A stretch of 64,000 bases of DNA from Octopus sinensis (GCF_006345805.1 NC_043006.1:9300001-9364000); one strand, 5' to 3'; numbered from the stretch's first letter, positions 24,719 to 35,177 are shown. Translations and numbers: made by a program. The notes: a model not told the origin generated them from the sequence alone.

Positions 24719-24808
24719 CCTACGGACGTACGTTTCGAAATCAAGTTTTAGGAAAGCATAAGAATTAGATAATTCTACCTTACCCAAACTTCTTGTCATC
24801 AGCGTAGG
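24719..24808 (-). ncRNA. Hammerhead motif, left arm (stem II base damaged)
   Basis: Minus strand CCTACG CTGATGA CAAG...TTTC GAAA CGTACG TC CGTAGG. The first stem II base is C instead of G, and stem II is shortened. Confidence 0.75.
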
Positions 24809-25029
24809 ATACTACAATTATGAATAATTGTATTTTATCCCGGTAAATGACCACAGCATCTGTTTTGGTGGCTACACGCGGGTGGAAAGGGGCTGGTGAC
24901 ACAAACTTTCATTCACACTTTGAATTTCGTGGTACTGGTAATGCTTTGGTTGCGCTCTTGACACTGAGTTGAGATGATGCCTTCTAGTATCATCAAAATT
25001 TAATATACAATTATTCATAATTGTATAAT

Positions 25030-25121
25030 CCTACGCTGATGAGAAAAGAAGTTTGGGTAAGGTAGAATTATCTAATTCTTATGCTTTCCTAAAACTTGAT
25101 TTCGAAACGTACGTCCGTAGG
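25030..25121 (+). ncRNA. Canonical type I hammerhead ribozyme with palindromic stem III and long stem II
   Basis: Stem I CCTACG (25030-35)/CGTAGG (25116-21); CTGATGA 25036-42; stem II GAAA/TTTC extended by AAGTTT/AAACTT and AGAATT-ATCT-AATTCT; GAAA 25104-07; stem III ACGTACGT palindrome; GTC 25113-15. Confidence 0.9.
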
Positions 25122-25408
25122 TAACTTAAAATTGTATGATAGATTGCCGTCATTTCATTCTCTCTTACCTGTCTGTGTTTGCCATTCAAGTGCTGTATTT
25201 TTACTGAGATCCCCCTTTTAGTAGAAAGAATAGCTATAACTCTTTGACTGCTATTTCTGAATTCGGTGTGTGGTGAGGCAATTCGTTGCTAATCCCTTAA
25301 TTGCTTAGTATTACTTAAATTTTCCTCGAATGAGGCTCTTACATGCCGAAATCTACTTGGTGTAATTAATAATTATTCCAATTAATTAATTTTAACCCTT
25401 TATTGTTA

Positions 25409-25459
<51 letters not shown>

Positions 25460-25460
25460 T

Positions 25461-25620
25461 ACGACGGGCTTCTTTTCAGTTTCCATCTACCAAATCCACT
25501 CACAAGGCTTTAGTCAGCCTGAGGCTATAGTAGAAGACACTTGCCCAAGGTGCCACGCAGTCGGATGAACCCGGAACCATGTGGTTGGTAAACAAGCTAC
25601 TTACCACACAGCCACTACCT
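25461..25620 (-). mobile_element. SINE family A, 5' half (partner of 24233-24460)
   Basis: ACGACGGGCTTCTTTTCAGTTTCC...CTTACCACACAGCCAC. Confidence 0.85.
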
Positions 25621-25740
25621 TATATATATGGACTCTGTATTCTTCCGTTTTTTTACGATATTAAGATATGGTTTGGGGTGAGACTAGCAGCTGTGAGTTT
25701 CAGGTTGATCGGCTACCCACGTGATAGTTTCTTTTATGTA

Positions 25741-26141
25741 GAAATAGTTTTCTACTCTAGGCACAAGGCCCGAAATATCTGTGGACGGAGTCAATCTATT
25801 AGATCGATCCCAGTGCGTAACTGGTACTGAATTTATCGACCCCGAAATGTTGAAAGGCAAAGTCGACCTCGCCTGAATTTGAACTCAGAACGTACGGCAG
25901 ACGAAATACCAATCTTTTTACTTACCACAAGGGGCTAAACACAAGGAGGACAAACAAGGACAGACAAACAGATTAAGTCGATTATATCGACCCCAGTGCG
26001 TAGCTGGTACTTATTTTATCGACACCGAAATGATGAAAGGCAAAGTCGACCTCGGCGGAAGTTGAACTCAGAACGTAGCAGCAGACGAAATACCTCTAGG
26101 CATTTCGCCCGGCGTGCTAGCCTTTCTGCCAGCTCACCGCC
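25741..26141 (-). mobile_element. SINE family C dimer with two different tails
   Basis: Full unit 25911-26141 followed (minus strand) by a 5'-truncated unit 25741-25910 that begins at GGTATTTCGTCTGCC and ends in a CCTTGTGCCTAGAGTAGAAA tail. Confidence 0.85.
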
Positions 26142-26255
26142 TTACTATAAAAATATTGGTGCGGTTACCTCAGACGACGCCGGAAGACAAAAGCTTTGAA
26201 ATACTTAATACATACGTACATACATACAATACATACATGCTACATACACATATAT

Positions 26256-26286
<31 letters not shown>

Positions 26287-26405
26287 GAAATTCGGGGTGA
26301 GTACTTGATAATTATAAGCACCTGTGTATACCGTTTGGTGGTGTAGGTGGGTGGAGTAAATTGATCAAAATAAAAATAAAAATAAAAACATGAGGCGAAG
26401 GATTC

Positions 26406-26484
26406 AGCGGTACATATGTTTCGGGCCTTATTAGACAGATACATAACAAATCATAATGTATGTCTGTGGCCTTCTTCAGCCGCT
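26406..26484 (-). ncRNA. Hammerhead ribozyme in the sense-orientation PLE pseudo-LTR
   Basis: Minus strand AGCGG CTGAAGA A GGCC [ACAGA..TACAT/ATGTA.TCTGT hairpin] GGCC C GAAA CATATG TA CCGCT: 5-bp stem I, ACATATGT palindrome, GUA triplet. Confidence 0.8.
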
Positions 26485-28129
26485 CACAACAGCTTCCACA
26501 AGGACATGTGTTAGTTCCGAAATTCTTGGCTGGGGATGCAAATCTTCTCGTTCCCGTACGACAAAATGCGGCAGCAGCATCGAATTGAATCGTCCATCTC
26601 CTTCTTCTCTCAATGTAGAATGAGGAAACTTGGATGTTGAGGTAATGTAAATAAATAATACGTATATAGAGGTGAAGATGGAGGGGCGAGAGTTCGGGAC
26701 GAGGGATAAAAAAATATAAAAAATAATTAAATAATGTATAAATGTAGATGATAAAGATATAAAGAGTTGTAAGGAGATGTAAAGGGGGTATAAAGGCATA
26801 ATGTTGTAAAGTAAAAATAGAAATGGAAATAATAGTAAAAGAAGTAAAGGAACCTGATAAAAACATGATAAAAGTGTAAAAGAATGTAGGGATAAGGGAT
26901 GTATAGAGGTCGCGGACCCAGCATGGTGGTCAAGAGATTGATAAAACTTAGTTGTAGAACTGTCAGTAATTAACGGTTTCGTCGTAAATCAGAGCTGATG
27001 AGAGTTTAATCTGGTTCCTTGAATAAATGGACTTCCAGTACATACATATCATCATGGGTACATACACCCACATACACGCGTACATACGTCTCCAAGTCTA
27101 TAAGCAAACACACGCACTCGCGTGTAAACATGTACATAAACCCACACGCACCCACACGCATGCGCGCACACACAACATACATACAACAGAATATCCGCAT
27201 ATATAGACGGACATTACGCGCGTATACGCTCACATGTACATACGTGCGCCCCTCACTACATACGTACACGTATATGCCCACGTCTCTAGGTCTAGGTATA
27301 AGATATTAAAGGATGTGTATAAGAAGTATCGTATGTAAAGAATCCCGTACTCATGTTAATACGCGCACGCACACACGGCTGTGTGGTCCGTATGTGCGTG
27401 CACATATATATACCCACATACGCACACAGAGACACACGCGCTCATGGGCATAGTCATAAGATATCGAAGTATGCATGTACACATACGCGCGCGCACATGT
27501 ATGTATGCGCATACACACGTACGCGGACGCTCGGATACTCAAAAGGCGGATCCATAGGTGAGTAAATAAGCATATATAGAGGTGTTTAAAGCGATAGATA
27601 GGGGTAAGAATGAGGGTAAGGGTAAAGATTAGAAATAAAAAATACAGTATAAAATAAGAAATACAATGTAATAGTTAGAAATGAAAATATGAGAATTATT
27701 AAGGGTTATAAGAGTTAAGGTAAGGGATGAAAATGAAAAAATGAGAGTAAATGGCAGTAGAATAAACGTAAAAATAAAAGTAAAAATAAAATTAAAAATA
27801 AAAATACATGGAAGTAGGATAAAAGTAAAAATAAAATGAAAAATAAAAATAAAAATAAAAATAAAAATAAAATAAAAATAAAATTAAAAAAATATAAAAA
27901 TAAAAAAATAAGGGTAAAAATATAATTTTGTAAAGTTTAACATGAGATGGAGGTGGCCACATATATATATATATGTGTATATGTACACACACAACGTATG
28001 TGCACATAAACGCACACACACACACACACACACACATACACACGCACATATAGGAAAACGGGATGTGCTGGAGCCGACAGGGTTGCACCGGGTGGGAGGA
28101 AATAGCATGGGGGAGTTGGTATAAGACCT

Positions 28130-29480
28130 AAGCATTGTAGTATTTGAAAGTATTAATAAGTTTATGTATACAGGATGGTTTGAACTCTGACCTTTTGTTA
28201 ATAAGATTGTGTTGTCTTTGAATTCAAGATGTTCAGGAGTTCTACACAGCATAGTTGGCATCCTGCTCTATTATTTAAATAAGGTGCAGCTGATCCGATG
28301 ATGGACATCTGAGTTTGAAGCTTATGCATTGTCTTTTAATTCCCAAATTTTTTAGAGAGGGAGGTGCTGTTAGCCTTATGTCTAGGTCTCATCGAGGACC
28401 GGTGGGTTGTAGTATCTGGATTTCCAGGAGGTTGAGCAACCAATATAGGTGAGTGTGTTAAATTGAGTACTCACCTCACATGAGTATATTACGTTTTTTG
28501 CCCTGCATGCGCCCTGCAGCGGGCACTCTGATGCACATCTGCAGTTGCATTGCATTGCATTATTCGGTCGTGTGCTGCTAATCCTAGGCGGAGGTGTTGC
28601 AATACGAGTGGGGGCGTTGGTAACCTCCTGGTTGTTGATGGGTGTAGTATTTCCTCTGTAGTGTCGGCGGGTGGTTATTACTAACTGCTTGGGTATTATG
28701 GTTGCCAGTCTGGTTATAATGCCTACTGTCTAGATGAGGGGGGTTCTGTTGGTCGCTATGTTTGCTCTTGATCTAGCTGTTCTAATATTAATAAGTTGTG
28801 TTTAGCTAAGAGGCAGCTCATGTTGGGCAGGGTAGCGTAGGAAATCCTAATAGTTTTGTGGAGAAGATACTTCTATATTGGTGGGTGGGTGGGAAGTTGT
28901 TGGAAATTATAGAGAATATTCTTTACATAAACCACCCCTAACTGCTAAGTTGAAAGGTATATGTTGAACCATATGTATTTGCGTAATCTACTATTATCCC
29001 TTCTGTTTCTCCTAATAGGATCTATATTGTTCTCGTCGGGAGGTTACTATTGTGTGCTGTTCTATTAGTCCCCTATTCCTATATGTTGTTGGAGTTTGAA
29101 TTAGACTTATCGGTAGTGTGAGTGAGTGCTGAGTTCGATTATAATTGGGGTCTTATGGTCGACGGACGCTCCCGGTTGGTCTACGTATGATATTCTCTGG
29201 TTATATCCGGCACTATACAGAGCTTGGTTGTAGTGTTGAGCATTGATTATTGAAAATTTCTCTATTAGAGGATAGTTTTGTCAGTCTGTCTGAGATGGCT
29301 TGTACTGTGGTGCTAATTATACAGGGTGGATGGTTGGAAGAGGTATGGATGTATTTGGTAGTTTCTTCTGGTTTCCTATATGGGTAGTGAAGGTGCTTAT
29401 TCAAATCTAACGTAACATCTAAGAAGTTAACTATTTTAGTATTGGTCATAAATTCTAGTTTAAGATTGAAGGATTTGAAA
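28130..29480 (-). pseudogene. PLE ORF C-terminal relic: RT thumb plus GIY-YIG endonuclease
   Basis: [34 protein letters not shown] (29213-29485); CNCRCASECPLQGACRAKNVIYSCEV...TYIGCSTSWKSRYYNH...TSLSK; CQLCCVE...NKRSEF..CIHK. Frameshifted. Confidence 0.85.
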
Positions 29481-29856
29481 TACATCCCTTATCCCTACAT
29501 TCTTTTATCATGTTTTTACTTCTTTTACTATTATTTCCATTTCTATTTTTACTTTACAACATTATGCCTTTATACCCCCTTTACATCTCTTTATATCTTT
29601 ATCATTTATACATATTTTATATTATTTTTATCCCTCGTCCGAACTCTCGCCCCTCCATCTTCACCTCTATATACGTATTTATTTATTTACATTACCTCAA
29701 CATCCAAGTTTCCTCATTCTACATTGAGAGAAGAAGGAGATGGACGATTCAATTCAATCGATGCTGCTGCCGCATTTTGTCGTACGGGAACGAGAAGATT
29801 TGCATCCCCAGCCAAGAATTTCGGAACTAACACATGTCCTTGTGGAAGCTGTTGTG

Positions 29857-29938
29857 AGCGGCTGAAGAAGGCCACAGACATACATTATGATTTGTTATGT
29901 ATCTGTCTAATAAAGGCCGCCGAACACATAGTACCGCT
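29857..29938 (+). ncRNA. Degenerate hammerhead in the inverted PLE pseudo-LTR
   Basis: AGCGG CTGAAGA AGGCC...GGCCGCC GAACACATAGTA CCGCT. The GAAA core and the CATATG palindrome are disrupted relative to 26406-26484. Confidence 0.65.
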
Positions 29939-30014
29939 GAATCCTTCGCCTCATGTGTTTTATTTTTATTTTTATTTTGATCAATTTACTCCACCACCTA
30001 CACCACCAAACGGT

Positions 30015-30131
30015 ATATATATTATATATATATATAGTATGTGTATATATATATATTATATATATATACATACATATATATATATATTATTATGTAATAT
30101 ATATATATGTAATATCTATAGATATTGTATG

Positions 30132-30172
<41 letters not shown>

Positions 30173-30321
30173 GTATGTATATATATATATATATATATGT
30201 ATGTATATAAATATATATATGTATGTATATATATATATGTATGTAATATTATATATATACATATGTATGTATATTATATATTATATGTATGTATATATGT
30301 ATATATACATATGTATGTATG

Positions 30322-30352
<31 letters not shown>

Positions 30353-30455
30353 ATGTATATATATATATATGTATGTATGTATATAGAATATATCTAATAT
30401 ATATTATTATATATATAATATACATGTATGTATGTATATGTATATTATACCACAC
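30015..30455. repeat. (AT)n/(ATGT)n compound microsatellite
   Basis: Direct reading. Confidence 0.9.
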
Positions 30456-30606
30456 ACATAAAGGGAAAATTCAGTTATCACTAATTGTGACAACAGTGCA
30501 AGGTTGCACCTACATAGCTAGAAATAAGAGCTAAAAGCCCTTATAGCGTCAAAGAGGCACATGTATATCTCCTGACAAGAGTGATAATTGCCCCACAGTG
30601 AGAGGT

Positions 30607-30650
30607 TTCATAACTAGTTTCGCTTCGAATTATAAGCTCATCAGTTATGA
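30607..30650 (-). ncRNA. Minimal hammerhead-like motif lacking a clear cleavage triplet
   Basis: Minus strand TCATAA CTGATGA GCTT-ATAATTCG-AAGC GAAA CTAG TTATGA: 6-bp stem I, 4-bp stem II, ACTAGT palindrome, but the 2 nt (U-H) between stem III and stem I are missing. Confidence 0.6.
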
Positions 30651-31025
30651 CTACTCAATCGCTGGATAGTTTGCTTAGATCCTATTGCCACTGTATAATA
30701 TTTACCATACGAAACAATGGCTGATTTAGCAAAATGTTAACGTGCGAATTATAAGATAATGGAGGCGTCAAAGCGATGACGTAATTACTGACGAGACCAG
30801 ATGATGTTTTACACTGTGGGGTAACTACATAGATATTTGCGACTTTGCATCCCTAGGGTTTTAGCTCCTATTTCTAGCACTGTAGATGATACTCTGCACC
30901 ATCACTCAGAATTACTGGCCAATAAATTTTCCCTTTTCCTTTTTATATGGCTTATAGCTGCCTTCGTTAAATTATATGTGTGTGTGTGTGTATGTTTGTG
31001 TGTGAGTGTGTGTATGTATGTGTGT

Positions 31026-31406
31026 GGAAGCACTCCGTCGGTTACGACGACGAGGGTTCCGGTTGATCCGATCAACGGAACAGCCTGCTCGTGAAATTAA
31101 CGTGTAAGTGGCTGAGCACTCCACAGACACGTGTACCCTTAACGCAGTTCTCGGGGATATTCAGCATGACACAGATAGTGACAAGGCCGACCCTTTGAAA
31201 TACAGGTACAATAGAAACAGGAAGTAAGAGTGAGAGATAGTTGTGGTGAAAGAGTACAGCAGGGATCACCACCATCCCCTGCCGGAGCCTCGTGGAGATT
31301 TAGGTGTTTTCGCTCAATAAACACTAACGAAGCTCGGTCTGGGAATCGAAACCGCGATCCTACGACCACGAGTCCGCTGCCCTAACCACTGGGCCATTGC
31401 GCCTCC
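31026..31406 (-). mobile_element. SINE family B (head B plus tail X), full length
   Basis: Head GGAGGCGCAATGGCCCAGTGGTTAGGGCAGCGG, B-box TTTCGATTCCC, tail ending CGTCGTCGTAACCGACGGAGTGCTTCC; near-identical copy at 58558-58939. Confidence 0.9.
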
Positions 31407-31540
31407 ACGTATGTATGTATGTATGTGTGTATGCATATATGTATATATGCATGTATGTATGTACGTATGTATGAATGCTTTGTGTATGTATGTCTTCGTT
31501 AGTAAGACATAGAACCTGTATATGCACATAAAATAATCAA

Positions 31541-31703
31541 GACGCAGGAGTGCTGGTGGGTTAAGTAGCTTGCTTACCAACCACGTGGTTTCCGGTTCCG
31601 TCCAACTGTGTGGCATCTTGGGGAAATGTCTTCTACTATAGCCTCGAGCCGCCAAAAGCCTTGTAAGTGGACTTGGCAGGCGGAAACTGAAGGAAGCTCG
31701 TCG
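31541..31703 (+). mobile_element. SINE family A, 5' half (partner of 33026-33260)
   Basis: GACGCAGGAGTG...GGAAACTGAAGGAAGCTCGTCG followed by a TA linker. Confidence 0.85.
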
Positions 31704-31732
31704 TATAAATGTATATATATATATAATATATA

Positions 31733-31763
<31 letters not shown>

Positions 31764-31783
31764 ATATATATAATATATATATA

Positions 31784-31824
<41 letters not shown>

Positions 31825-31825
<1 letters not shown>

Positions 31826-33025
31826 GAGGGGCGTTCAATAAGTAATGCCCCTGACCCACCTCCAATTGTTTGATCTAGCTGAAATTTTGCATGTGCACTT
31901 ATTTATACCTCTATAGATTAAGTGGCGAATTACAGCTCTGAACTAATTGTGGTTTCAGATTTACAGGTGTTTGAACTGAGTCAAGTGTGAAATGGAGCCT
32001 GTTGCGTGTCGAGCAGTGATCTGGTTTTTCTATTTGAAAGAACGCACACCACGGGAGCCTTTTGATGAAATGAAAGTAACTGATGGTGATGATGCCCCAT
32101 CATATGACCTTGTAAAACGCTGGCATTGTGAATTCAAACATAGTCGGAACTCTGTGGAAACAGCTCCCAGATCTGGTCGCCCCCTTCTGCCGTTGATGAG
32201 ACGTCTGTCCGTTAAGTTGAGGCTGCCATTTTGGAAGGTCAACGCATAACTATTCGCCAAATAGCCCATAAGGTCAAGATTAGTACCGGGTCTGTGGAAA
32301 CTATCATTCATGATCATTTGCATATGCAAAAGGTGTCTGCCAGATGGATTTCCAGGTTGCTCACACCTTTCCAGAAGCAAGAACGCGTTGAGTGCTCGAG
32401 GATGAATTTGGAGATGTGCCAAGAAGATGAGTCAAAATTTTTCAAAAGACTGATCACACAGGATAAAACCTGGGTCCATCAATATGATCCATAGACCAAA
32501 GCCCAGTCAATGCAGTGAAAGCACCGTGACTCACCTCCTCCAAAGAAGGCAAGAGTGCAACCCTCCGATGACAAGGTTATGCTCACAGTCTTCTGGGACC
32601 AGGACGGAGTAGTGATGACAGATTTCCTGGCAAAGGATACCACAATTACAGGAGCCTATTATGCTTCACTTTTGAGGAAATTAAGAGAAGCTATCAAAAT
32701 CAAGAGGCGGGGCAAGATCAGCAAAGGCATCCTCCTCCTGCAGGACAACACTCCGGTCCACAATTCGCGTGTCGCCAGATCAGAAGCACAGGCGTGCAGC
32801 TATGAACTCCTTCCCTTGCACCCTCTGATTTTCACCTCTTCCCAGCCATGAAGCTGATTTTGAAAGGAAAGCGTTTCCCAGATGATGCAGCCTTGATTTC
32901 TAAAGTCACGTAGTGGTTGGAGGACCAAGCTGAGGTCTTCTACAAAAACGGTCTCCAGAGCTGTATCTGCTACTCTGGGTAGTTCCTATGTAGGAAAAGA
33001 CTAATAACTGTGCCAAGTGTCGTTG
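31825..33025 (+). mobile_element. Mariner transposon, defective (stops, frameshifts, right TIR missing)
   Basis: TA|CGAGGGGCGTTCAATAAGTAATG left TIR; MEPVACRAVIWFF..RWHCEFK..PRSGRP; LITQDKTWVHQYDP; KVMLTVFWD; LLQDNTPVH; PSDFHLFP; YKNGLQ. Confidence 0.9.
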
Positions 33026-33260
33026 CATGTGTGTGTGTGTGTGTGTGTATGTGTGTGTGTACGTTTGTGTGTCTGTCTTCCCCCCCCCTAGCATTGCTAG
33101 GTGTGTTTATGTCCCCGTCACATAGCGGTTCGGCAAAAGAGAACGATGGAATAAGTATTAGGCTTACAATGAATAAGTACCGCGTCGATTTGCTCGACTA
33201 AAGACGGTGCTCCAGCATGGTCGCAGTCAAATAATTGAAACAAGTAAAACAGTAAAAGAG
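33026..33260 (+). mobile_element. SINE family A, 3' half
   Basis: TG linker, then GTCTGTCTTCCCCC...TAGCGGTTCGGCAAAAGAG...AAACAAGTAAAAC. Confidence 0.85.
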
Positions 33261-33456
33261 AGAGAAAGAGTGAGGCAAAATAACAGCAGATGAACTTGTA
33301 TAGACGAAGAATAAAATGAAGAGAAAGATTTGATTTTCTAATCGCTGTCCGTTAACAGCGAAGAAGGCAGATGCAGGAATACCGTAAGTCCTTGAGTATA
33401 ATCCGCCTTTTTTCCCCAAAAAATTTAAAGGTCAAAATCCCTAGTGCGTACTATAT

Positions 33457-33722
33457 ACTCTTTTTACTCTTTACTCTTTTACTTGTTTCAGTCATTTGAC
33501 TGCGGCCATGCTGGAGCACCGCCTTTAGTCGAGCAATTCGACCCCGGGACTTATTCTTTTTAAGCCCAGTACTTATTCTATCGGTCTTTTGCCGAACCGC
33601 TAAGTGACGGGGACGTAAACACACCAGCATCGGTTGTCAAGCAATGCTAGGTGGACAAACACAGACACACAAACACACACACACATACGTATATATATAT
33701 ATATTTTGACCTTTAAATTTTT

Positions 33723-33753
<31 letters not shown>

Positions 33754-33927
33754 CATACATATATACGACAGCTTCTTTCAGTTTCCGTCTACCAAATCCA
33801 CTCACAAGGCATTGGTCGGCCTGAGGCTATAGCAGAAGACACTTGCCCAAGATGCCACGCAGTGGGACTTAACCCGGAACCATGTGGTTGGTTAGCAAGC
33901 TACTTACCACACAGCCACTCCTGCGCC
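33457..33927 (-). mobile_element. SINE family A, full length (young)
   Basis: Both halves close to the other full copies; head ends CCACTCCTGCGCC. Confidence 0.92.
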
Positions 33928-34094
33928 TATACGACGTTAAAAATGAAAATTATTTTCTAAGCAATGTCCGAGTCTCCATTTGCTGTCCGGCAACGTTTAT
34001 TCAGACGCATTTTGTGATGTCGGGAGCGAAAGTACCTTAAATCATCCATAACTTGCAGTAAGCAACATTTATTAAATAGAGAATACTAAACGAG

Positions 34095-34181
34095 TTCCCT
34101 ATGGATACCGTATTTATTACAACGAGTGGCTTGTAAACGTATCTAACGAGCGAAAGCGAGTTATACGGTATCCATAGGGAA
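34095..34181. repeat. 19-bp perfect inverted repeat around AACGAGCGAAAGCGAGTT
   Basis: TTCCCTATGGATACCGTAT (34095-34113) / ATACGGTATCCATAGGGAA (34163-34181). Confidence 0.8.
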
Positions 34182-34508
34182 TGAGTGTGGTATTTTATTT
34201 ATTACACACGAATAAACGACCATATTTTATTAACTCGATAACTAAATTCTTCACGTTTAGTTTTACCTTTGAAAGACAAAAGTAGTGCCGTCACCGTGAC
34301 CTCGGGTCATCACCATGGATTGACAAATCAGAAGCAGCGCTCGCAGTATCTGACATATGTTAGATACCAAAAATATCTCAAAGTGTTCTCACTCACATGC
34401 GTGTAATGAACGTTATTACCGTTATTTCTTTATTTTCTGCAAACATAGTGGAGAAAAAGCTACACGTTTGCATTATGTTATATATACAATAAAAATAATA
34501 AAGGACGT

Positions 34509-34674
34509 TACCGTATACATTTTTACAAACCAAGGACGTTATATAGCCCCCCTTGACGCAATTTTGCGAACGGGTGCGTATTATACAAAAGGTTTAGGTT
34601 TTTCGGAGGTCCAACCCCGAAAAATCGCATGCGTATTATATTCAAGGGCGGACTGTACACGAGGATTTACGGTA
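34509..34674. mobile_element. Short MITE-like element with TACCGTA termini (pogo/Tigger-like)
   Basis: TACCGTA at 34509-34515 and TACGGTA at 34668-34674; internal repeated GCGTATTATA. Confidence 0.45.
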
Positions 34675-35177
34675 CTTGTCTTTGCTGGGATCCGGATGTC
34701 GAAAAATACTTAGAAGTGAAAGTGGAACCAACAAATGAAGGAAATGATGTTATAGTATGCATCGCGGCAATTCGTCGGGTTTTCGCCCTGAGTTGAAATT
34801 ATGCCGATGTCATCATTGCCATTCACCCCTTCTGTTTTGTCAATAAAATAAGTACTGAGGGTGATGTAATCGGCCAAACTCCATCCCCAAAATTTAAGAC
34901 CGCTCTCTATAATAGAAAGATGTATACATGATCCATGTGATCTGTGTCTCTTTATATACCGTACCGGTTCTTGAAGTCTTTGCAAAACCCACAATCTTTT
35001 ATCATGTAATTCTTTCGAGAAGGAAGGCGAAAGCGAGAGCGGGGAAAGACAGAAAGATACACAGACAGAGACAGAATGTGAGAAAGAAAATTAGAACAAT
35101 ATACCGAAAAGATAGGACAAATTATGTCACGGCAGTTTAATAAAAGCAAAATTTGTAAGATAGAACTCGATGTGTTC

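Larger units (their letters stand above)
24550..25292. mobile_element. Fold-back element: about 285-bp inverted arms, each carrying a hammerhead motif (non-autonomous PLE-like)
   Basis: 24550-24832 is the near-identical reverse complement of 25006-25292; 173-bp spacer; TA microsatellites at 24461-24539 and 25413-25460. Confidence 0.85.
26327..30017 (-). mobile_element. Penelope-like retroelement, 5'-truncated, with inverted pseudo-LTRs
   Basis: Arms 26327-26904 and 29480-30017 are reverse complements; RT-thumb and GIY-YIG coding relics lie between them on the minus strand; both arms carry hammerhead motifs; TA-rich microsatellite flanks. Confidence 0.85.

Noticed and set aside
24833-25005. 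Spacer of the fold-back element as a GIY-YIG C-terminal remnant (minus strand LMILEGII...)
   Set aside because: Only vague resemblance; cannot be supported without a profile search.
26955-27015. CGAAAC on the minus strand and CTGATGA on the plus strand near the PLE repeat
   Set aside because: The core halves are on opposite strands or lack a stem II; no foldable hammerhead.
29442-30386. Longest ORF in the track (314 aa) and its antisense counterpart at 26312-26866
   Set aside because: Runs through the non-coding PLE pseudo-LTR into a TA microsatellite; the similarity between the two is just the inverted repeat.
30781-30835. GTAATTA-CTGACGA-GACC, a hammerhead-like start
   Set aside because: No downstream GAAA with a matching stem II.
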